Shown here piece after piece: positions 52,601 to 64,000 of a DNA stretch of 64,000 nt. Each line of letters begins with the position of its first letter. Position 1 is the first letter of the stretch. The position numbers and the translations under genes are program-made. The notes beneath the pieces were generated by a model, which did no database searches, was not told where the DNA came from, and saw only the letters and a program-made list of their open reading frames with translations. Origin of the DNA: Octopus sinensis (Eukaryota); contig NC_043008.1 in the NCBI RefSeq assembly GCF_006345805.1, positions 46,624,001 through 46,688,000 of the forward strand, in the 5' to 3' direction.

Positions 52601-55458
52601 GAATAAACATAAAACAGAAGAAAGAGATATCGTTGTTTTCGCCGTCCTTTTAATAATCCTACATTTCCTGAACATTATGAATTTAGATTCTGGTATCAAG
52701 TTCTTGAAAGAAATGACAAACATTCGAGGAAACATAGCAACAATACTTTACACAGAAGCATATACAAACGTGCAAACACATACATACGTACGTATATAAA
52801 TATATACATATTGATGTACACATTTATACATCAATACACACACAAACAAATCTGCTGCCCATATAAACCATACACAGTGCGGAAAGAGAAGGAATGTGAA
52901 ATAAGATATGATTGAAATGATCATTTATTCAAATATACAGTTCTGAACGACAGTTGAAGAGAAGCAACATGGCTGGCAATAAATAAAACCAAGCCACAGC
53001 AACGAACTCTTTCTTTATTTCTACATCGATAATGATTAAGGTGACGAGTTACTCGATAAAAATAACTACAATGGTTTGCATAGGTCTAACTTTAGAATTC
53101 TCTATTAAGAATTTTCACGTATTTAGTCCATTCTCTTACATCCTATCCTGCCACAGTCTATTTTATTAATTGTTCGCAGTGTGGTGATGGATTTCTATGA
53201 AGTATTCGCAGGAAATGTGTGAAGTAAGCGTAAACAAATGCGATGTTTCATTCAGTAATAACATAGAAACTAATGAAATTGCAGTATTTTACTCCGAATT
53301 GTGCTGTTAGATAGCTTGATAAGATTACCATGGACAATTTAAAGAAGAACCACATCATTGGATGTTTGCTAGTCAATTAATGATGGCAGTGAAAGAATAT
53401 TTGCAATTGCATTATCAGAAAATGATACCCAGATTTAGTTTGCGTTACTGATTGCTTAATATAATATCCCACGTCTATGCTGATATTTAAATAAAGATGT
53501 ATGGTATTATAATTGAACAACGGCGCATAATGCACGCTTAATCTAACAAACATATTGTATTATGTGATGCAATACTGAAGTAACTTTATATACTTAATGT
53601 TACTGCTAATAATATTAATTATGGGAGAGGAGGTTTTAATTTATAAATACCAATTTGTGTGAGTGGGCGCTTCTTTGCACTTTAGTCTTTTATTTAGAAT
53701 CTAAGCTATCTGAAATTGAAAGTGTTTCTCATTTCTCATGCTTCATCCAACTGAATTACTGAAGGAGCCTCCAAAAGAATTATTCCCACACATCTCTAAA
53801 TTTACTTGTTCAACGGTATGCCATGACTTTGAGGATGGATGAAAGGAACATTAAAAGAGCTCTAAGCAGAATAACGATCGGAATTTAATGGCAATGGAGG
53901 CATATTGATCTTGCAAATTATGACAAACCAAGCAAAGAATAGTGCAAGGAAGGAAGATATTAAATAATTGTGAATGAACGTCCACACTAGATATGATTTA
54001 AAGTGTAAGTAATTTCTGAGATAGAACAGACAATATGGACGTTGATAGATAATATCCGTGTATTAAAGCTAAATGTAAATATTAGCATATTAAGATCATT
54101 CTAAAAAATATAGTAATATATCTGAAGTGCATATATTTATTGAGTTGGGTAATTTTCAGCAGTCTTCATTTTGTAAGGTGAAATTTGAACTTTATTATTA
54201 TTACTACCATTCTTAAAAGACAGAGTGTCCAATGTCTAACGAAGAACAGTAGCAGACATCAAGCCGTAAAATGCAAGTGAAATATTATGCCGTATAATCC
54301 GAATTATAGTTCAAATATGCGTTGAACGGAGCAAGGATTCCTTTAAATGGTTATGAAATACGTATGCATCTAACTATTTACAATATATATGATAAAACAT
54401 TTGTTTTAAAGCAGCGTGAAAATGAGTTACAGTTGTTTCAAAGCGTCACTGCTTTCACAACCAGAATAGACACGAGACATCTCAAGAACAAACAGGCTGA
54501 ACACTTTATACCTCCATCAAATTACAACTGCATTAAAATAGCATTTATACTAGTACTTTTCCCGTTCGAACCTATGTTGTTTGATACTAAAAGAAATGTT
54601 AGTGGCTAATGTGAGACAAATGGCTCTAAATGAATCCCGGAAATATATTTAAAAAAAAAACATATTTGTTTTAATTTTTGTAACATATTTATTTATGAAT
54701 TGACTCAGAAAATACACTTCTCGATTCACAAAGCAAAGAAATAATCTAAGATTTAATAGATATTTACTTTCATAGGTTGAATTAATCCATAAAGGATGGT
54801 ACATTAATGAACTCAGTAACTGTCTTCCCTGGTTAGTCAAAACTTAACAGATTTGCAAAGGTGCCCGGTGGTTTTGGAGCTACGTTCAAACTTTCAAAAG
54901 TCTTTCGTCTCCTTCCGTCACTATTTGAAAAATTTCAGCTTACGAAAATAATTTCGTACGTAATGGGTTTTCTATTTCCCGAAGGAAAAGAAACCTCGTT
55001 TTTTCATCAACACAAGACAAAATTTCCTACCTTTCAATAACAAGAAAAACTTCCATTGAATGGTAAAGGACACTATAACATGTAGCAGAGTGGATATATT
55101 TGCCTATTCACACTATTGTGTTTGCAGACTGGTTGTGTAATAAATGTTACCATCGAAAGCCATCATCGAAAGAACCACAGCTATTCTTTTAATATCATGG
55201 GAATAAGCAACATGTGTATGTGTGAGCAAGTATGTGTGTTTCTGCGCATCTTTTTATATTATACTATATATTATGTCTTATAAATATATGTATATATTTA
55301 TTTCCTTGCGTTTGCACGCATATGCTTGTATAATGTGCAAATATATAGCTAAGTTTATTTAGGCTGATGGCCGGAAGAAATAAAAGCGGGAGTTGCGATG
55401 CATGTTATATTCCTACAACCACCTTATGCAATGCATAGGCACACACACACACACACAC

Positions 55459-55507
<49 letters not shown>

Positions 55508-56569
55508 TACGGCATATAAATATGTATGCAATGATGTTTGTATTTCTTAAGTATTCAGGGAATGCATGAGATATATGAAAGTTTACTTCTATATGGTAAT
55601 GCGTATATATGCAATCACTGATGTTTATCATTGTGTATCAGCTATTTGTATTTACTATATTGAATACAGTAAACACATCTGGACACTGTTGGGAGATATG
55701 ACCGTTACATGGAATCCGGGTTCCTATTATCAAACTTATTGAATGCACCTCGACGAATATTATTATATCTCTACGGATTTTGCATGAATGTAGGGAACCG
55801 ATAAGGGTGAGTTGCTGCCGATATTTTGGCTACTTTCTTACAAACAGGTGCTGTTGCAATTTCTTGTAAATGTAAAGTTCTTAGAACAAAACAAGTGTTT
55901 TCTGATAAGTATCGGTAACGCTACATTTCAACATATCGATTAAACGGTCAATAATGTTCCAAACATCCTGGATATATCAGACAGAAATTGCCTGCAGATA
56001 CTGAGGTATCGATGTGATCTCAATGAAGTGCACCTTTAACGGCTACAAGAAAAGTTTTTACCATTATTCAAATCAAAAACAAAAGAATTTTCGTGTTAAC
56101 ACAATCAACGCATGTAATATCTCTCGATACCTAATTATTAATATGGTCTTCAGAATTTTAGATTACCGATACATGCACGCATAAACACAGACACACACAC
56201 ATATCTATATCAATATATATACATATATATATTCATCTATACACGTACTTTTGTGTACACACATATATTTATAAATCTATATAAATACATATATGGATGT
56301 GTGTGTATCAATTTTCTATTTTGATTTGAAATATATCATTAAATGGCTTATTTACGCATTTCTCGACGCTTCCCAGTTCCTTATAAATATAATTAAATTT
56401 TACTTCTTGAACGAAGAGACACTTTTGTACGATTAGTTTGCGGGTGTGTCATGTTGGTAGAATATTTTGAGTTTGTGTTGTGCGGGTAAAATCTGGATTT
56501 TCTATCCAAGGAGACTAATCCAATCCGATACAGCCTATAATTTATAGCTCTTTTTCTTTTTGAGGAGTA

Positions 56570-56609
<40 letters not shown>

Positions 56610-56612
<3 letters not shown>

Positions 56613-56654
56613 AGAGTTTACAAAAAAAAAATAATAAAAACAAAAGACGAAGGC
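56610..56654 (-). mobile_element. Fragment of (TA)n-linked family B
   Basis: Same terminal motif as 27133 and 57787; flanked by TA on both sides. Confidence 0.55.
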
Positions 56655-57078
56655 TATATATATATATATATATACACACTCGCAGACACAGGCGCGTATT
56701 ATATTGCAATAGAATTTCAAAAGAATGGCAGGACTGCAGATGTTGTGTGAAAGGCTAAGAATTTATACAATTCACTGTCTCGCAAGTGCCAGATATATTA
56801 TCCAGGTGATATATATACATAAATATTTTGTCATTCTAAGTGTGTTTGATAAACAGCTGAGAAATGAATATCACGTAAAATTTATATTGTGTTTTATGCA
56901 TCGTATCTTCTTCATTAACTCGCACCAATTGTATTATTGCCAACATTGAAATCTGTACACTGTCCACAAAAATAGCGTAGTTTATCTCTTGTAAGGCACC
57001 AACGATTTAAAGTTGTATAATAGCACCGCAGACACAATTCTCAGAACACACTGCATTGAGTTGGGGTAATGTGTGTGT

Positions 57079-57138
<60 letters not shown>

Positions 57139-57711
57139 CTACAGAGGTGCTTGTGTAGGAATATATTTTGTGATAGTTGACGGTGAAAGAAAATAGCTAG
57201 ACATTATCTGTTTCGCATCTATTTCATTAAAAAATTTCTTTTATTATCAAAACAAAACATCAAAAAGCATATCTTATCCGTAAGTAGGAAAAAATTGATG
57301 GCCTCATTAGATTTTCCTTTTTTTATTCATGCTTAAGTATCTCATAGATGGTACTATGTTTATTTTCGTTATCGTAATTGTGAGATTACGCAGCATATGT
57401 AGTTTATTACACTCACACACACACACGAATACATAGGAGCGTGAATGTGTATTCTTTGTATATATATAGAATTCACAACGACCTTGAACCCACAAGAATA
57501 AACAAGAGAGACAGAGACAAGCAGAAACAAGCAAAATGCCACTTGTATTTCACACTGCAAATATTATTTAAAAAAAACTTTTCTTGTTTATATTTTTCCA
57601 AAATTTATTTGTTTTCCTTACAAATGAAAAAAGTCTCAATGACTGAAACTGGTACTGACATGTCTTTCATAAAATTATTTTAGCGTTCCTATCTTAACTT
57701 ACTTTTCCATA

Positions 57712-57770
<59 letters not shown>

Positions 57771-57786
57771 TATATATATATATATA

Positions 57787-57958
57787 GGGAGAGTTATGAA
57801 AAAACCAAAAACGAAGACTGATGGTGTACAAAACAAACATATGTATTAGTATAACGCTCAGGAATAGAAAAAGTATTTTACGTTTCAAGCCTACGCTCTT
57901 CTACAGAAAGGGACACAGAAAAAACAAGGAGAGAAAAAATGTGTGTAGTGGCTAACGA
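57787..57958 (-). mobile_element. (TA)n-inserted Penelope-like pseudo-LTR, family B, longest copy
   Basis: TA tracts on both sides; contains an HHR variant; terminal motif is shared with two other loci. Confidence 0.65.
57876..57909 (-). ncRNA. Ultra-minimal type I hammerhead variant (A6U core)
   Basis: TTT-CTGTAGA-A-GAGC[GTAG]GCTT-GAA-AC/GT-A-AAA. Intact GAAA, GUA triplet, loop-less ACGT palindrome, 3-bp stem I. Confidence 0.55.
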
Positions 57959-58796
57959 TATATATATATATATATATATATATGAGATGGAGGGAGGTAG
58001 AGAGATAAACAGATTGGCAGACTGATATATGTGTATATATGTACAATGTTAGTTTAAATTTATTACATGTTTAGAAAAAGAACAATATTCTCCATGCCTT
58101 CAATTTTCAATTACCCCTGAGTAAATTTGCAACACGATAGCATCGGAATTTATCATCAAGCATGCTTTGTAAAATTTGAACTTAGTTCCAAGTAATCTTT
58201 GTTGGTTAGATCTTAATATCTAGATGCCCTCCTGTTTTTGTTTCCTCACCTACTGAAACGAGGGAGATTGCAGACTTTAGAAAGTTGAGCAAGTGTAGCG
58301 AAGAATAAAAAATTGGAAATGTTCACAGGACGATCCTGATTGTTTAGAAAAAGCTTTTAGAATGAGTGTCATAAAAGGAAAGGCTGTCTTAAAGTTAATA
58401 TCGCTGAAAGCATTACAGCTTTATGCCATTGATATGGCTGTATACCATTATTATTCAGAGAATAATACTTTCCTATATAATTCATAAGTAAATACTTGCA
58501 TTTGTTTGTGTGTGTGTATGCTTGTGTATTTGCGTGTGTCTTTCAGTCCATATCGATAGAAGTAGAACGGAGAACGACCCAATCCTGTGATATTTAAATC
58601 ATTCTCAGTTAGTTATCCGCACCTAGTAATTGATTTGCTGTTAATCTGTGAGTTTGAACGGAATAACTAGGTGAAACTGAAAGGGGTTTGCTATGATCAA
58701 TTAAATTGGTGAAAACGATACCCCCATCACGACTGCACTTCAAAGAATAATCAGATTTTGACATGGCAGATATATAATGTATATGTATAGTAACAA

Positions 58797-58833
<37 letters not shown>

Positions 58834-59814
58834 TTTTCATTCATGTTGTTGGATAGTCTCCAACTTTCGTATTGATAACATCAATCATATTTCAATATTG
58901 AGATGTATTTTTAATAAATATGCTGCGAAATTTCGTACAGTATACTTGATGAATATTCGATTATTTTACCTGCACTTACACATACTACAACTGAGACATT
59001 GTGAAAGAGGAATACAAGTGATCTCGAAGAACACTATAGTTTTCGGACATAAACCGTTTTAAACGTTAAATGCAAAGCATAGTATTTTTGTCACCAATGA
59101 TTCTGCCTTGGTATACGGTTTATTCTTCATTTTAGCATTATCTTGATTAAGTTAAAAGCATGTTTACTGAACGTGTGTTTTGGAAATTGAATTAGAAAGC
59201 AGGATATATGCTATTTTTACAACAATTCAATAATGCATTAGTATAATGAAATTATTGAACTCACTATACGATGCACCAGCTCAGGTTTTGCAAACCTCAT
59301 TCTAAAACAATACTACCTTATAGGGACTGGGTTGGTATTTTTATCTCGACAATTAATAATGTTTCATTTTAAAGTGAATTTGTGTATAATTCTAGTTGTA
59401 ACTATGAGAATGTAGCTGTTTATAAATATTTGTGGGTGTCGAAACACAACACAAATAGGATTGGATTTGAAGCGTAATTAAATAGAATGTGGAACACACA
59501 CATACGCGCACACTCACACACACACACACACACACATGCACGCACACACTGAACATAATTATCATCTCTGTAAATTTCAAATTCATTAGCGCCTAATTTA
59601 ATTCTGGCATTCTAAACACAAATAACCTCACATCTTTATTGCTGAAATACATTCCTTAGATCTCGGTGTTGAAATGATTAGCACCGTAAAGTGTGTGTGT
59701 GTGTGTGTGTGTGTGCGTGCGCGTGTGTGTGTGTGTGTGTGTGTGGTGTGTGTGTGGTGTGTGTGTGTGTGAGAGAGAGAGAGACAGAGAGAGAGTATGC
59801 CGATGGTCAATCTG

Positions 59815-59985
59815 CATTGGTTGGTTTACGTCCCTCTAGCCTAGCGCATCGACAAAATAGGTCGATAAAAGAAGTGCCAGGCTTTAAAAAATACATCCTG
59901 AGGTCGATTCATTCAAATAGAAATTCGTTAAGGCCGTGCCCCAGTATGGCCACACTCTAACGACTGAAACAAGTATACGATCGAA
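59815..59985 (+). mobile_element. SINE 3' part with 'gtgccccagtatggccaca..gactgaaacaagta' tail
   Basis: Tail is shared with 1730-1915 (minus) and similar to the tail motif at 23447-23470 / 26070-26108. Confidence 0.6.
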
Positions 59986-60774
59986 GATAAATGTGTGTGT
60001 GTATTTGTTTGTGTGTGTATCTGTGTGTGTGTGTATGCGCGTGGGTATGTGATTATGTGTGCGTACGCAAAACATTTGGCGGTATCCTAAATGAAAAATA
60101 CAATGTGCATGATATTTAGACGTTGCTTGTAAACGTGGAACGGGACGAAGCTGAGAAATTTCTCAGCGAGTTCCTTCTGGTAAAAACAAGCAAGTTTAAT
60201 TGTCTGGCAAAGTGTTTCGAATTGATTTACACACCTTGGAGACGAAGCGACGAAAAAACTGTTATTTTCGCGTCTTATAAAATTTTTGTATATCATAAAT
60301 ATAAGAAAGTTTTTTTCTTTTAATCCAATGTGCATATAAATCTGGCTGAATGAACAATGTCCACAAAGAGGCCCTAAACATTGTGATATTTCACAAATAT
60401 TACTTGAAAGGCAGTTGTGTAATATACTTTCTTCTATGTTTCAGAATTGAAACGGCTCTCGGTTAAAATCTAGTATATCTTGCACTGCTTATATTTAATT
60501 GATCGCTATGAGTAATTATTCAGTGTCCAACAAAATTCCATGCCATCGTCGAAAGATATTTTTCCAACAAGCTCGAAACAATGACTAATGTTATATTGAT
60601 TTCAATCCACTTATTTTTTATAATGTTGCAAATATTATTTCCTCAATATCAAACATTAATGTATATCACGTGAATATTGCACGGAAATGTTACCAGAGAC
60701 AGGAAAAGCAATGGAAACTAGCCTGCGCGCAGAGAAAGTTTTTCGCTTACACATACTTTTTTTAATTGAACTGA

Positions 60775-60819
<45 letters not shown>

Positions 60820-60990
60820 ATTATTATGATTTAAGCATCATCATAATGGGTATTTATACTCCGCTGAAATTAAGAAATCGACTCGTAAATAAACGAAACA
60901 CTTGAATCCATCACTTGAGACATACACACGCGTGCACGCGCGCAGACACATACACACACACATACACACACACATACACATAAAAAAACA

Positions 60991-61055
<65 letters not shown>

Positions 61056-61222
61056 GCGGTACTTCGTTCATGATCCGTATACCAAATCTAGTTAACAAAA
61101 TTTTGTTCGGCCCGAGGTTGTAGGAGAAAATGCCTGGTTAAAGCTGCTCACAGTAGGCTGATCCCGGGGGCTGTGTGGCTGCGAAGAAAACGTCTTATCA
61201 CACTGTCACGCCCGTGTACATA

Positions 61223-61258
<36 letters not shown>

Positions 61259-61630
61259 TTGTATTCATCCATGTGTGTGCGCGTGTATGCATCCATGTGC
61301 GTGAGTTTATGTATGCTGTGTGCATCCATTCTTAGCCATTCAAAACCAACAGTTCCGTTCATCACTTTGTTGATTTTATATCTCATAATGAATACATATA
61401 TCTATATATATTTATATATTTTCTATTTCACATAATTTCCTGACAGATTCTCAAAAAGATGTGTTTCTGATGATTATTTATTTGAAAATTTCCGTCCACT
61501 GAAGAGCTTGGTGGATTTTGTTACTGCTGCCAATATGTACGTAGCAGATTGAAACATGAATACATGTGTACATCCACCCAAGCACACACATAAATACATG
61601 TGAATATATATCTATATATGTGTGTATATA

Positions 61631-61675
<45 letters not shown>

Positions 61676-61879
61676 CATAGATATAAATATATGCATACAC
61701 ACACACACGTTATTTACGGAGATGGTATTTGTCAAGCAGCATCGATTTTTACAAGTCTGTAAATAATAATAATAGTAGTTTATAAGCTTAAAGCTTATAA
61801 GCGATCACCGCGAAATTACGAAATAAAATAGTGTAATAATGGGGCATATAAGCCCTTGACAGAGAAAAACTAGGTTTTC

Positions 61880-61953
61880 TTGTACGCGTGGGACTCGGAC
61901 CCACACATTCTTGTTTTCGCGACAAGCGTGCTGTCCTTTACGCTGCTTTCCCT
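61880..61953 (-). pseudogene. tRNA-like relic (SINE head or tRNA pseudogene)
   Basis: Minus strand has CTTGT[CGCGAAA]ACAAG (anticodon-like arm) and GTGGG[TCCGAGT]CCCAC (T-arm), both perfect 5-bp stems with 7-nt loops. No acceptor stem. Confidence 0.55.
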
Positions 61954-62098
61954 CAGATTTAAGAACTATAATTAGTTAATAGTGTTGCTTTTCGAAACAA
62001 ACTTTCCTGTGCTGTTACTGTGGTGGTTTGTGATAAGAAGTTAAGTAGCCTCGATTTATACAATTCGATAAATAATAATAATGGTATTATATAAGCTT

Positions 62099-62185
<87 letters not shown>

Positions 62186-62599
62186 GGTTATAGGATATCA
62201 AAACATCCTTGAACATAATGAGAAACGAAAACAAAAATATAGAAAGCGAACTTTTTTTCGAACAACGATAAAAACAGCAAAACGAGACATGCAACATACA
62301 GAATATATATACACACACAAACCTTATCAACGACTCCATTAATAGTAGCTCCAAATCATGCTGTACCAATAATATCCGTCACAAGTGAAATTTCCTACGT
62401 AAAACAAACGCAGCCCCTATGTAAATAGTTGGAGAATTAAGAAGTTATCTGCTCTTAGGCTAAAGTGTTCTTTAAATATGCTGCCCTGTCATCGGTGTTA
62501 GCATAGGTGGCGCTCGTTTGATTAAGTAACATATGTTACACTTTGATCACTCTAATATTCATCCATGCGTTACAGGGTTAACATGGCTGCTACGCTGGC

Positions 62600-63640
62600 G
62601 TATGCATCAGGTTAGACGAGAAACCAGTGATATGAGTTCTCGGGTCTGAGGTCCAGGGGGGGGGGCACAAATTTATCACAGGCTTCCGTGCAATGCGGGC
62701 GCAGGACACTGTCATGTAGATATGTGTCTCGGAGGATCGAGAATTTTAAACGTTGACCACTGAAGCGTGAAGCATGAAGACGGAACAGGACAGCATCAAC
62801 GTCGACCACTGATGCGAACATTCAAGAAGCTTGAGAGATGGCTCCGATGAGGGGATTTGTTTTCTGCTTAATCGTTACGATTCTGCACATATCCACAAAC
62901 TTTTCTTTTGGAAAGTCTGTGCGCTTCGGTAAGCCAAGAGAGCTTGCTTACTGAAGCGCATCAATGCCATCATATAGAGACTGTAAACACTTACTCGACC
63001 GCCATAAAGATGAAGGCGGAGCATTTTTGGAGAGAATGGTCACACGAGATGAGATATGAATCAGTTACTTTGAATTTGAATCCAAAAAGAAAGGTAGAAA
63101 CACCCGGAATCGCCGGCGAAAAAGGAATTCAAGATTCAACTTGCCGCAGAAAACATATATGCTAACCATTTTGGGGAAAGCAAGGGAGCCATTACTAGAA
63201 CGCAACCTGCAAACGCAGTCTGAAGTCAGAGAAAGGCTGATCAATATACTGACACCAGCAATTTGTTCCAGAAACCGAGGCCTCGTGTTAAAGGAAAGGT
63301 TACTTCGTGCGCTCACGTACAGCCGTCCATACTATTGAGAAATTGTATCTAGAGTTGCTAGAAGGCTCTGGATACATTCCATTCTCACCCCCTTCAACCT
63401 CTCAGACATCTTTTATCAAGCCATCGATTTTCTGTGAGCGATAATGTGCAGGAAGCGGTGCATAATTGGCTGCACGACCGACCAAAACACATCTCCTCCG
63501 ATAGAATAAACAATTTTTATGAACCGCTGAGAAAAGTGGATTGAAAATCAAGAAGACCGTATCGGAAAGTAATGTAACTGTTCAAATCATGCTTTTGTTT
63601 AACTAGATTATAAGAAAGCGAATAATATTCGTCTTAACCT
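62600..63640 (+). mobile_element. Decayed mariner (Tc1/mariner) transposase pseudogene
   Basis: Mosaic of frames: STSTTDANIQE; KVCA..LTEAHQCHHIE; MVTRDE (IVTGDE); YMLTI..; HRFSVSDNVQEAVHNWLHDRPK. The YSPDL region appears deleted and TIRs were not resolved. Confidence 0.8.
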
Positions 63641-64000
63641 CGGACGTCGAAATGAATGGAGACAATCGGGAAAATGTACGATTTCTGACAAATGCTGCCA
63701 ATTGTACATTTTCAAAGTTTCGACGCTGAAGACAAGACTACGCAATTTTACAGTGTAAACTTTGACAAAGAAATAAATGTAACTTTCCTTAAAATTTATG
63801 AGCGGAAGAAAAGTAAATCAATGTTTTATATCAACACAATATTTTAAAACAATGCAGACGTTCGAACATTTTAGAGTACAGGACGCCATAGCAGTAATGA
63901 TTTATGTAATGGAAGTCTGTCGGGGTTCGACAATGACGTTAGTGACGACGGAGGTGGGAGCGGAACCCAAAGGCGGACGCGTAGACGCGGCCACAGGTTG

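Noticed and set aside
61462-61505. CTGATGA...GAAA...GTC hammerhead-like string
   Set aside because: No stem II or stem I pairing; chance match.
63900-64000. GC/CpG-richer stretch at the window end
   Set aside because: Truncated by the window boundary; cannot be classified.

Overview
AT-rich, microsatellite-saturated eukaryotic non-coding DNA, most likely from an octopod cephalopod (inferred from recurrent Octopus-type tRNA-derived SINEs). No host protein-coding gene could be recognised, and nearly all ORFs in the track are microsatellite translations. The recognisable content is mobile DNA: tRNA-derived SINEs, RTE and CR1 LINE 3' fragments, a cluster of R4/Dong-type restriction-like-endonuclease LINE fragments associated with (TAA)n, and a decayed mariner transposase. 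The most interesting signal is nine minimal type I hammerhead ribozyme (HHR) motifs from five unrelated sequence families, all in short microsatellite-flanked, Penelope-terminal-repeat-like elements. Three of these elements are fold-back (inverted-repeat) cassettes carrying one outward-facing HHR in each arm, with palindromic stem III (dimer-type ribozymes). Other oddities are a 420-bp local sequence copied into a LINE 3' end with a 102-bp flanking duplication, a 1099-bp tandem duplication, a ribozyme-less AT-rich fold-back element and a tRNA-Asp relic inside a duplicated block. All alignments and folds were done by eye, so coordinates of decayed elements are approximate.
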